DNA from: a virus
Taxonomy: Duplodnaviria > Caudoviricetes
IMG/VR virus record: IMGVR_UViG_3300025018_000091
Reading direction: 5' to 3' (one strand)
DNA length: 64,000 nt
Positions 49,787-58,704 of the stretch are shown here, piece after piece. Below the pieces are notes generated by a model. It did not search any database and was not told where the DNA came from. It was given only the letters and a program-made list of their open reading frames with translations. The position numbers and the translations under genes were made by a program. Every line of letters begins with the position of its first letter. The stretch's first letter is position 1.

Positions 49787-50487
49787 TATTTCTTCTTTCT
49801 AAAATCTTCACCAAAAACAGGAAATGTTTTTAGATAACCATGCATTAAACTATCAATGCTTTGTTTTAATGGACCATTAAAACTCTCAACTATATTGGGA
49901 CTATTTGTACACATAAGCGTTGGTAATTTATTTTGACTACGACTTCTAAATACTCCCTCTAAACTGCGCGCATATAAATCAGCAGCATTTTCAGATGGCA
50001 TAAATCTAGAATCAAACTCATCAATTACTAAAAAATCAACTAAAGCAAGTTCTCTCTTAGCTAAAAACTTATCTTCGCCTATTCCTTGAGTTACAACATT
50101 AACAATGTCACTCAGCGTAGAATACAAACAAGAAAATCCCTTTTGACTAGCTTTCTTTAATATACATGTAACAGTCATTGTTTTACCCAAACCATGACCT
50201 CCAGCAAAACATATTGAATTACCATTAATATATGATGATTTTAAATCTGCTGTATATTCATCGTATTTAACCAATAATCTTGGGTCGCCATGAAAATCTC
50301 TTTCCATCTTAAGAGTCCAATATTCTATTGGGATATTACTTTCGGCATATCGATTAACCGCAATCATTTTTATTATTTTATCTTTAGGTTCGTCACTCCC
50401 ATGTTCAATAACTGATAGAAGTTCTAATAGTTTTTTTCTAGGAATACTATTAAGAGATTTACTCCTTACAAAATCTAATGAATCCAT
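49786..50487 (-). CDS. DnaC/IstB-like ATPase (putative helicase loader)
   Basis: GGHGLGKT Walker A, LVIDE Walker B, TLMCTN; directly upstream of the helicase. Confidence 0.8.
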   Translation of the reverse strand: MDSLDFVRSKSLNSIPRKKLLELLSVIEHGSDEPKDKIIKMIAVNRYAESNIPIEYWTLKMERDFHGDPRLLVKYDEYTADLKSSYINGNSICFAGGHGLGKTMTVTCILKKASQKGFSCLYSTLSDIVNVVTQGIGEDKFLAKRELALVDFLVIDEFDSRFMPSENAADLYARSLEGVFRSRSQNKLPTLMCTNSPNIVESFNGPLKQSIDSLMHGYLKTFPVFGEDFRKKK

Positions 50488-50933
50488 TATTTATTACCTT
50501 TTTTATTCAGTATATTTGGATAACCATATTGAACTGGTTTGACTTCAGTGATTTTATGATTATTCAGTCTAGCTGCAATTATTTTTTTTTCTTCTTCTAT
50601 TGCGGCTAAGTGTAATTCTGATATTTTTTTAGCACGTAATGATATAGGATTTATTTCTGAAAAATCTGGATCTTCATTCTCATCTTTTTGTGTGGGAATA
50701 AATGGTTTAGGTCTATTTTCTCGATCTTCATATACACTTTCAGCTTTCGGGTTTTCCTCTTTCATAACCTTAACAAGCATTATATCTTGCTCAGGATTTT
50801 GTATAATTAGATAGCTTTTACTATCTTCAGATCGTAAAATGAAATCTTCATCCCAAATATCTACAATTCCTTCAACACTCGTTCCATTTCGAAATAATAT
50901 CTTAACTAATTGACCTGGTACTAATTTTTTCAT
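50487..50933 (-). CDS. Hypothetical protein
   Basis: 148-aa ORF with an Sm-like N-terminal pattern. Confidence 0.65.
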   Translation of the reverse strand: MKKLVPGQLVKILFRNGTSVEGIVDIWDEDFILRSEDSKSYLIIQNPEQDIMLVKVMKEENPKAESVYEDRENRPKPFIPTQKDENEDPDFSEINPISLRAKKISELHLAAIEEEKKIIAARLNNHKITEVKPVQYGYPNILNKKGNK

Positions 50934-51250
50934 AAAAATGCCTTTAACTTTTTTGTTTTCTTAAATAAACGAATTAATTCAGACTCTTTTGCATGAAGAA
51001 TAGCGCACCGTGCCATAGAATCATTTAAAGTGATGTCATAGATATAATAAATAACTGTTATATCATCTGAGGACCAATCATAATCATTATTTTCTAATTC
51101 TGATAAACATATTTCTGCTATATCTTCTCTATCAATATTAACATGTATTGTAGCAAATCCAATATTATATATGTTAATTACATCTACAATAAATTTGGAA
51201 CTACAAACACCAACTTTAGAAAAAAAATCTATACAATTAAGTATCTTCAT
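50930..51250 (-). CDS. Hypothetical protein ending KTKKLKAFL
   Basis: 106-aa ORF, ATGA-coupled on both sides. Confidence 0.65.
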   Translation of the reverse strand: MKILNCIDFFSKVGVCSSKFIVDVINIYNIGFATIHVNIDREDIAEICLSELENNDYDWSSDDITVIYYIYDITLNDSMARCAILHAKESELIRLFKKTKKLKAFL

Positions 51251-51849
51251 ACAACTCTATCTAATATAGACATATCTAAACCTAAACCTTCTACACTAAC
51301 AAATGCATAATCTAGATCTGCTGGTTTATCTGTCATTTGTTTTAGAAATGCTAAATCACCATATGTAGAAATATTAAACCCAAAGGAACTGAAAATATCT
51401 TTATATTTATCGGGAAGCGGAGTTGAGCGATCAATAGAATTATTACTTAATTTACTATTCAATAACACATTAAATTTGTATTCATTCATTATGCCTTCAA
51501 CAGTCATAAAAGATATAGAGGTAAGCCTACGCTTAGCTTTAGTTACCTTATTTAAATAAACCCAATCAATATATTCTTTTAGAAGAACGGGGTCAGAGGT
51601 TAGGTTTGATGCCAACTTTTTAACTTGAAAAACCTCAAAAGATTTTGATGGCGCGGGGCTATTGAATTTGAATTTGTACTTCACTTTATATGTGTCATAA
51701 TACTTTTTGCAAAAATAACCTAAAATATGCGGGACTTTCCATTTAGAAGTATCTAAAGAATCAATCTCTTCAAATTTCTCAAAAAGCCGTTTATATTTCT
51801 CATTGGGAACATCATTTAAGTTATAATAAGAATCATTTAGTGAGTTCAT
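51247..51849 (-). CDS. Conserved hypothetical protein in the replication operon, with a replacement N-terminus
   Basis: 200-aa ORF; ATG overlaps the HNH gene stop. Confidence 0.75.
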   Translation of the reverse strand: MNSLNDSYYNLNDVPNEKYKRLFEKFEEIDSLDTSKWKVPHILGYFCKKYYDTYKVKYKFKFNSPAPSKSFEVFQVKKLASNLTSDPVLLKEYIDWVYLNKVTKAKRRLTSISFMTVEGIMNEYKFNVLLNSKLSNNSIDRSTPLPDKYKDIFSSFGFNISTYGDLAFLKQMTDKPADLDYAFVSVEGLGLDMSILDRVV

Positions 51850-52652
51850 TGTATATTTCCTGAGTGTCTAGATCTTGTTACGCCGTCTAGAACATTTTGT
51901 TTTGAAGGATATGGTCTAAGATTTGTAAGACACCAACATTTATTGAAATTATCATCTGCCATAGACATATATGGCAAATCAGATTGTGGAATAATATGGT
52001 CTATATTCCATGTCCATGTAGATTGATCATTGTCATTCCAAGTTTTTGAATCATATTTACCATAATTGCTCCAGTTCATCCAAGGCTCAAAGTGTTGTTC
52101 AAGATGTTGTTTTAGTTCCATTATTGTATAGGGCAAATACTGTAATATAGATTTCCCTGATTTTGATCTATTATTGGCAGCTAAAGATATCCAAATACTT
52201 GTAGACAATCTGGATCTTAATTTAAAAGCAGGATCTATAGATTTTCTATTTTTTGAATATGAATTGTTTTTAAGGCGAATTTTATCTATGTTATTTTGAG
52301 CATATTGTTTTTGGTATTCTGCTATTTCTTGTTTATGATCTAAAATATATTGTTTGTGATATTCTTCAATCTTCTCTTTATTGTCTTTTGCATATTTTTT
52401 ATTTCTAGATAATTCGCGTTCTTTATTGGTGATATAGAAATTTTTCCTGTAGACACTTCGCTCTTTTTGATGCTTAAGATAATATTCTTTATTATTTTTT
52501 GATATAGTCATCTTATTTTTTAATTTATATTCTTGCACTCTTTTATTATAGCACTCTTTACAACATTTTCTATACGCTTTAGAGTCGGCTCTAAAATGGA
52601 AACTATCTAATTCCTTGTCTTTACCACACATGTTGCACTTTATTGTATCCAT
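51846..52652 (-). CDS. HNH-type endonuclease (putative homing endonuclease)
   Basis: N-terminal CxxC...CxxC, basic helical repeats, FEPWMNW.NYG, WNIDHIIP, NLRP. Confidence 0.85.
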   Translation of the reverse strand: MDTIKCNMCGKDKELDSFHFRADSKAYRKCCKECYNKRVQEYKLKNKMTISKNNKEYYLKHQKERSVYRKNFYITNKERELSRNKKYAKDNKEKIEEYHKQYILDHKQEIAEYQKQYAQNNIDKIRLKNNSYSKNRKSIDPAFKLRSRLSTSIWISLAANNRSKSGKSILQYLPYTIMELKQHLEQHFEPWMNWSNYGKYDSKTWNDNDQSTWTWNIDHIIPQSDLPYMSMADDNFNKCWCLTNLRPYPSKQNVLDGVTRSRHSGNIQ

Positions 52653-52655
52653 GTT

Positions 52656-52763
52656 TTACCTCTGATTGCATACAATAATATGTACGGGTTTCCAATATAA
52701 TTTGCGATAGTTTTCGTTCGGCGCGTCTGTCAACGAGCCGCCCGTGGTATCTTTTTCTTTCAT
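52656..52763 (-). pseudogene. Stranded N-terminal fragment of the 51247..51849 gene
   Basis: GGAG RBS plus 35-codon ORF MKEKDTTGGSLTDAPNENYRKLY..., matching LNDVPNEKYKRLF. Confidence 0.78.
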
Positions 52764-52805
52764 TATTAATCTCCAAATTACAATGTAATTACGAATGTTT
52801 ACGCG

Positions 52806-54275
52806 TCAACCACTCTTCATTTCTTTGCATTTGATGACTCTGAAGCCTTTTTCTGAAGAATAAATTTCGGATCTAATTACCGAATGTTTTTTGAGAAATT
52901 TTATCTGATCGTAAAAATCAACAATAGCTGCAAACTTTTTACCAGGAAAATATCTAATAACTCTACCTATTCTTTGTAACGCTCTTATACTGCTCTTACC
53001 ACCACCACATAACACTAAAGCATTTAACATAGGAATATCAACACCAAGATCAAAAATGGTACTGGCAAGAATAGCTTGAATTTCACCAGCAACTAACATT
53101 TCTTTTACTTCTGTACGCCTTTTAATAGAATCATTACCATACAGCATTTCACATTTAATACCAGCGTCAGTCATCATATCAAATAATAATTGACCATGTT
53201 TAATATGTTTAAACAAAATAAGTGGAGTATATTTTTTATCTAAAAGTTCTTTAGTTTGATCTATAATAATTATATTTCTTATATCATTTTCAGTTATATA
53301 GCTTTTATATACTGTTTGATATTGTGCTAACGGCATACTCATATGTGGTACTGCAATAAACTTAATGATAGGCTGAGCTAAGATTTTCTTTTCTATTAAT
53401 TCAGATGCAGATACATCTACAATTTGTTCACCAAGAATACCATTAATTAATAAATCAGTGTTATCATCTCTATATGGAGTTCCACTAAAACCATATATGT
53501 GTTCTGGATCAATGTTTTTATGTATTGATTGAATAGTATCACAAGTAACAACATGACACTCATCAAATATATGTACTTTAGTTTGTTTTAATAACTTTAT
53601 AATCTTCTCTTTTTGAGTTAAATCTACTTTTTCTTCACAAGAAATTTCGTCATCAGTACAAATGTTTTTCTTATTAATATTTAAAGCACTTCCAATTGTC
53701 CAAATACTAGCAATATTAATTCTCTCTATATTGCAAACACCATCACCAATATACCCTATTTTTTCCTTAAATAGAGTTGTAAATAAATCATGAGTTTGTT
53801 TTAATAAGTCTAAACCTATTACATATATAATGGTGGGTTTATTTAATCTGGCAGCTATCATAGCTGTGCAAAGTGTTTTGCCAGATCCAGTACAAGCTCT
53901 TACAATACCGTTACGAGAATTACAAGTAGCATCAACTATTCTATCTTGATAATCTCTGGGGACCATCTTAATCTTTTTCAATACTTTAGATAGATCTATT
54001 GGTTTATTTACTTTTAATGGCGGTCTTAAATCTTCAATAATATAAGTTTCATGATGATCTTTTAGAAACTCTTCAACTACAGAAAGTAGTCCATAGAAAA
54101 AATTTCCTTTCTTACCTATTAGATAGGTTACGCCATTCCATCCATTTTTATATGCCTCGGTGTATTCAACACCATTCATCTTATAGGATAATTTTGAGCG
54201 TAATACTCTGAATAGACTGGCATCTTCTGTCACAAATTGACATGCCTTGTTGTCATGAATTATTATTTTATGCAT
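52806..54275 (-). CDS. Superfamily-2 DNA helicase (UvsW/XPB-like)
   Basis: RDYQ, CTGSGKT, DECH, GFSGTP, IFDLGVDIP, QRIGRVIR. Confidence 0.92.
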   Translation of the reverse strand: MHKIIIHDNKACQFVTEDASLFRVLRSKLSYKMNGVEYTEAYKNGWNGVTYLIGKKGNFFYGLLSVVEEFLKDHHETYIIEDLRPPLKVNKPIDLSKVLKKIKMVPRDYQDRIVDATCNSRNGIVRACTGSGKTLCTAMIAARLNKPTIIYVIGLDLLKQTHDLFTTLFKEKIGYIGDGVCNIERINIASIWTIGSALNINKKNICTDDEISCEEKVDLTQKEKIIKLLKQTKVHIFDECHVVTCDTIQSIHKNIDPEHIYGFSGTPYRDDNTDLLINGILGEQIVDVSASELIEKKILAQPIIKFIAVPHMSMPLAQYQTVYKSYITENDIRNIIIIDQTKELLDKKYTPLILFKHIKHGQLLFDMMTDAGIKCEMLYGNDSIKRRTEVKEMLVAGEIQAILASTIFDLGVDIPMLNALVLCGGGKSSIRALQRIGRVIRYFPGKKFAAIVDFYDQIKFLKKHSVIRSEIYSSEKGFRVIKCKEMKSG

Positions 54276-54278
54276 ATC

Positions 54279-55127
54279 TTACTTAATGCCAAATATCTTA
54301 TGAAAAAATTCTACAAATTTATTTTTTGGAACTGTAAGCATCTCCATTGGGGTCTCTATAACGTCATGGTCAGAGATTAAATCTAAATCAATTGGCAATG
54401 GCGGCGTAATTGTTATTCTTTCCGACTCTTTATGATGTAAGCTTTCGGCAAATGCTTTAAATTCTTCGACAGTCCCCTTATACTGATTCCTATCCACAAC
54501 AACATTGATACCAGGAACACGCAGAACTGTATCACCTTTTGCGCATTGATCTCCAGATCTTTGCCAAATAGTCCAGCCTTTTGTTTTCCATATATAAGGA
54601 ACATATATATCTGGAGTTTTAGTATAAGCAGCTAACCATAAAGGATAGCGATTTAGCTTTTTAACTAATTCATCGCCAGGATACCACTCACCTTTATCGT
54701 TTTCTTTTCCACCATACTTATCAAAATATGGTCCACCAGTATAAACAATTGGCATTACATTTGTTTCTCTCTCCACGGTCTCTAAAAATGTAATTACCCA
54801 ATTAATAAATTGTTGTTTTGATAATTTATTTCGGTCATCTTCTATATCAAGAACAAGCATATCGCCTTTATCTAAAGGACCTACTGTTTTAATAAAGTTC
54901 TTTACTTCTTTCACAGGATCATTTATAGTTCGGGCAAAATGATAGGCACCTCTAATTAGCCCAGCGTCTTTTATTCCCTTCCAATTATAAGAGAATCTTT
55001 TAGTAACATACGTTTCGCCCTCAGTGGCTTTACAGAAAGCATATTCAATACCGCTAGCTTTTACTTTATCCCATTTAGGAAATCCTTGAACATCAGAGAC
55101 ATCAATACCTTCTAACATATTACCCAT
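54279..55127 (-). CDS. GH25 lysozyme (endolysin candidate)
   Basis: GIDVSDVQG, KATEG, GAYHF, LDIE, LWLA.Y, WTIWQ, VDRN; start at 55127 with GAGGGG RBS. Confidence 0.92.
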   Translation of the reverse strand: MGNMLEGIDVSDVQGFPKWDKVKASGIEYAFCKATEGETYVTKRFSYNWKGIKDAGLIRGAYHFARTINDPVKEVKNFIKTVGPLDKGDMLVLDIEDDRNKLSKQQFINWVITFLETVERETNVMPIVYTGGPYFDKYGGKENDKGEWYPGDELVKKLNRYPLWLAAYTKTPDIYVPYIWKTKGWTIWQRSGDQCAKGDTVLRVPGINVVVDRNQYKGTVEEFKAFAESLHHKESERITITPPLPIDLDLISDHDVIETPMEMLTVPKNKFVEFFHKIFGIK

Positions 55128-55314
55128 ATTTTTTCCCCTCAATTCCTAAAACTCTAGCAACAAAGCCATCTGCCAGCGTTAACTCGCCAGCAGATAGCTT
55201 TTTAATTACAGGATATAGTTCTGCCCCACACGAACATTCATCAGATTTTGAATTTTTACTCAATATCCATATTCTTCCACAATGCACGCAATGTGCAACG
55301 CTATATCTTCTCAT
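55120..55314 (-). CDS. Small Cys-motif protein
   Basis: CVHC...CSC; probable start MRRYSV at 55314. Confidence 0.55.
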   Translation of the reverse strand: MRRYSVAHCVHCGRIWILSKNSKSDECSCGAELYPVIKKLSAGELTLADGFVARVLGIEGKKYG

Positions 55315-55318
55315 GAAA

Positions 55319-56674
55319 TTACTTTCTGCGGTCAACAACCCCACCAACTAATTTTCCAAATGCTGATTGTTTCTGAGAAATCTTATCTTTTATTTTTTGA
55401 GCAGCAGATACATTTTCTTCTGTTCCAGTATCTAATTGTAAACTAAGATTTCTACTATCATCTTTGCCCTTAACAATCTTCATATGATCCTGAGCATCTT
55501 TCTTCAATTGAGTTACTCTGGATTCTGGCAATCCCAATCCTGTAAATATAGAGTATATCTTTACAACTGGTTCAGGAATATCTATAGTATAAATACCCTT
55601 GTATACTCCCTTTGGAGATCCACATTGATCATTTACAATAGCCATTGCATAGTTAACACTAGAACTTGGAATTTGCGCCCAAACTTCTTTGTTTGCAGCA
55701 ATAATTACACCAACATATTTTGATTGCTTTAAATCAAAACCACCAGCAAGTAAGTTTCCATTCAAATTATTGATGACAGCCTCTGCAATAGCAGTATCTT
55801 CAGCATAATTTTCAACAGTCAACTCACCATAAATGGTTAAGCCTTCGCCGTCTGTAAATAACTTTCCCCACTCCATCGGATCAAGTCCCTTAACAGAAGA
55901 TGCCATAGATGATAGAGTATTAAACATATCAATTGGTTCAACAATAGCCTTGTTAGCTGTTGGATAGAAATCAACTTGGCTTATATGTTGATAAATAGAT
56001 TCAATCTTAGCATTATCAACAACAATAAGGTTATTGACTCTCTTTGTTTGAGTGAACTTTGCTAATTTAGAAAGCGTCTCTAATGCGTTTGATTTGGTTT
56101 GCGCATCTTCTGTTTCCATTGGCAATGCAGCGATAACAACTAATGGCTTGCCACTATCTGCTAATAGATCTACTAAGGTTTCACATGAACCTGCGCCTGA
56201 ACCGCCGCCTAAACTTAAGCATAAAACATTTACTAATGCATTTGCAAGCTTATCATTAATTAGTTGTAACATCTCACCACGATGTGACTCAGCAGCAGCT
56301 TTACCAATTTCTATTTCTTTAGCTGCGCCACCAAGTCCATACTCTAACAAAAGCTTATTAGAATCTGGAATATCAATATACTTTAAATCTTGCATAGCCG
56401 TATTAATAGCAATAGCGTCATAACCCAATTTATAAAATGATTCAGCTATTCTGGAGCCAGCTTGCCCGGTTCCTATAATACCTAATACTAAACTTCTTTC
56501 TTTCTTTGCAACAATTTTTGCTGCCATGGGAGTCTCCTGTTTTGCTTGACTTTTTGCTTTAAGGGCTGCTAATTTATCCATATCAACCGAATCTTCAGAT
56601 GGTTTTGTTTCTTGAGAAACGTCATCTATTAGTTCTTCTGGTTTTGTTTCATCTGTAATCGAAGTTGCCGACAT
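55319..56674 (-). CDS. Tubulin/FtsZ-family GTPase (PhuZ/TubZ/CetZ-like)
   Basis: IIGTGQAGSRIA, AINTA..DL, GLGGA, signature SLGGGSGAG, LIVVDN, T7-like LDPME. Confidence 0.92.
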   Translation of the reverse strand: MSATSITDETKPEELIDDVSQETKPSEDSVDMDKLAALKAKSQAKQETPMAAKIVAKKERSLVLGIIGTGQAGSRIAESFYKLGYDAIAINTAMQDLKYIDIPDSNKLLLEYGLGGAAKEIEIGKAAAESHRGEMLQLINDKLANALVNVLCLSLGGGSGAGSCETLVDLLADSGKPLVVIAALPMETEDAQTKSNALETLSKLAKFTQTKRVNNLIVVDNAKIESIYQHISQVDFYPTANKAIVEPIDMFNTLSSMASSVKGLDPMEWGKLFTDGEGLTIYGELTVENYAEDTAIAEAVINNLNGNLLAGGFDLKQSKYVGVIIAANKEVWAQIPSSSVNYAMAIVNDQCGSPKGVYKGIYTIDIPEPVVKIYSIFTGLGLPESRVTQLKKDAQDHMKIVKGKDDSRNLSLQLDTGTEENVSAAQKIKDKISQKQSAFGKLVGGVVDRRK

Positions 56675-56689
56675 TAAAATTCTCCTAAT

Positions 56690-56887
56690 TTATTCAGTTA
56701 AACTTTGGCTAGTAGCTAATAATACAGAGTTATCTGCACTCTGCCTTAAAACAACAAAGTCTTTTTCCATGCGTATTACGTTGATCGCCTCATCATTTGC
56801 AGATACCGTATAAAAAGAATACATCAATTCAACATTTGCTTCCGGATCTTGACTAGATAATTGGCTTATTAGGTCTTTCACTTTCAT
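56690..56887 (-). CDS. Hypothetical protein
   Basis: MKVKDLISQLS..DPEA.V, a common small phage protein pattern; AAGGG RBS. Confidence 0.7.
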   Translation of the reverse strand: MKVKDLISQLSSQDPEANVELMYSFYTVSANDEAINVIRMEKDFVVLRQSADNSVLLATSQSLTE

Positions 56888-56922
56888 GTAATTTCCCTTA
56901 TTTATGCAATAATATTGCTTAC

Positions 56923-57051
56923 TTATCTCAAATTATTTAACAACTCCGACCACTCTCTTCTAGTTAAAGGTACTTGTAAATTTTCTTTAAAGTTTTGGAT
57001 ATTTACTGGAAAATCATCAAATCTTTTATTTACTTGTTTTATATCATTCAT
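56923..57051 (-). CDS. Small hypothetical protein (42 aa)
   Basis: Below the cutoff; MNDIKQVNKRFDDF...WSELLNNLR, start overlaps the endonuclease stop. Confidence 0.5.
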   Translation of the reverse strand: MNDIKQVNKRFDDFPVNIQNFKENLQVPLTRREWSELLNNLR

Positions 57052-57748
57052 TTGTATTCCATGTTTTTCCAGAGATAATATTTCCTATTGTGACAGCCGA
57101 AACTCTATACTCTTTAGATAAAGCAACTTTAGTATAATTTCCTGTCTTCCATTTCTCACGAATCTCTTTCACTTTCTGTATTGTAAGTTTTGAATGAGCA
57201 TTATTTTCGCCAGCACACCTACCTTTTGATGAATCTCCAATTTTCTTTTTTGACCATTCTGAGTGTGTTCGTCCAAAAAATGGATTACCATCTCCAGAGA
57301 ACATAATACTCATTTTCCGTAATGTTTCTAGAGATTTTTTCTTACCAAACATGGGATTTCCTTCTCCACTCATTTTCAATGACATTCTTCGTTTATGATC
57401 ATTGGACAAACTTATTGAGTCAAAAACCTGACCTTTTTCGTTATATCCGTATCCATCATCTTCTGAGTTATAAAACTTAATATAGTATAGTTCCCTGTCA
57501 CAACTATCACCAAAACTATTACATTTCTCAAAAACTTCAAAAATAAAATGTTCTGACCCTACAGAACTAATTTCTCTATGTATTTTTTGATGTGTTAAGT
57601 TGTTATCTAATATATGTTCAGCATAATAGTTATGTTGTCTATACCTATATCTGGGATTTTTTGTCCTACCAATATAAACCTTATTATTAAGTAAGTTTGT
57701 TATTTTGTATAAATAGTAAACATCATTAAAGGGACATATATATCTCAT
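57044..57748 (-). CDS. GIY-YIG homing endonuclease with NUMOD3 repeats
   Basis: YLYKITNLLNNKVYIGRT, GYNEK, GEGNPMFGK, GNPFFGRTHS, HTH; ATG 57748 overlaps the rfbB stop. Confidence 0.9.
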   Translation of the reverse strand: MRYICPFNDVYYLYKITNLLNNKVYIGRTKNPRYRYRQHNYYAEHILDNNLTHQKIHREISSVGSEHFIFEVFEKCNSFGDSCDRELYYIKFYNSEDDGYGYNEKGQVFDSISLSNDHKRRMSLKMSGEGNPMFGKKKSLETLRKMSIMFSGDGNPFFGRTHSEWSKKKIGDSSKGRCAGENNAHSKLTIQKVKEIREKWKTGNYTKVALSKEYRVSAVTIGNIISGKTWNTNE

Positions 57749-58701
57749 TTCAAAAACCACTGGTTTGCAAGATACCATTGCACTGTTTGCTGTATACCAT
57801 TAGGAAAAGTGTACTCTGGCATCCAACCTAAAGCTCGAATTTTAGACGAATCAACACTATATCTAAAATCATGCCCAGGTCTATCCTTTGTAAAGGATAT
57901 GAGTTTATGCCCGTCCTTCATAACATTACAGACTTTTTGCACAACTTCTATATTACTTAACTCTTGATTAGCTGAGATATTATAAGTTTCATTTGGTTCA
58001 CCTTTAGCAAGAATAGTTAACAAAGCTGAACAATTGTCAAAGACATGAAGCCAATCTCTCATTTGTAATCCTTGACCATAGATAGGTATCGGATTACCTT
58101 CCAATATGTTTTTTATTACTTTAGGTAAGAGCTTTTCCGGTGTCTGCCTATGTCCATAGTTATTGGAAGATCTTGTAATGTTGTAAATTAAACCATGAGA
58201 TTCATGAGCGGCTTTTACCATTAGCTCTCCAGACGCTTTAGATGCTGAATAAGGGTTTCTGGGATTTAACGGCGCATCTTCAGTCCAAGAAGGCTCTGCT
58301 TCGCTTTTTAAATGACCATATACCTCATCAGTAGATATATAAATCAATTTTTGTACACCATACTTAATGCAAGCATTTGTTATTACTTGAGTTCCCAATA
58401 CATTGGAAGTTACAAATGAATTGGGATCACTTAAAGAATAATCAACAAACGTCTCTGCTGCACCATGTATAACAATATCTGGCTTTTCAAACTGGAAAAT
58501 TGTATCAATAACGTGTTGGTCTCGAATATCAGCTATATGAAAAGTATGATTCTTATTCCAATACATTGAGTTAATTGCATTTGAATTAACTCTATCTATA
58601 CTTACGAAAGTATATGGATGTTTTTCATAAATAGCTTTACGTATAAAATTACCAAATATGAATCCGCAGGATCCAGTAATTAAAACTTTTGGTTTACTCA
58701 T
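57745..58701 (-). CDS. rfbB: dTDP-glucose 4,6-dehydratase
   Basis: LITGSCGFI, HGAAETFVD, ISTDEVYG, PYSASK, NNYG..Q.PEK, RDWLHV, DRPGHDFRY. Confidence 0.93.
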   Translation of the reverse strand: MSKPKVLITGSCGFIFGNFIRKAIYEKHPYTFVSIDRVNSNAINSMYWNKNHTFHIADIRDQHVIDTIFQFEKPDIVIHGAAETFVDYSLSDPNSFVTSNVLGTQVITNACIKYGVQKLIYISTDEVYGHLKSEAEPSWTEDAPLNPRNPYSASKASGELMVKAAHESHGLIYNITRSSNNYGHRQTPEKLLPKVIKNILEGNPIPIYGQGLQMRDWLHVFDNCSALLTILAKGEPNETYNISANQELSNIEVVQKVCNVMKDGHKLISFTKDRPGHDFRYSVDSSKIRALGWMPEYTFPNGIQQTVQWYLANQWFLK

Positions 58702-58704
58702 AAC

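Noticed and set aside
57044-57748. Terminus duplication around the second GIY-YIG gene
   Set aside because: Only a 3-residue GIQ match between the downstream frame (HGIQM) and the RfbB C-terminus (NGIQQ); not distinguishable from chance. Treated as a plain intergenic insertion.
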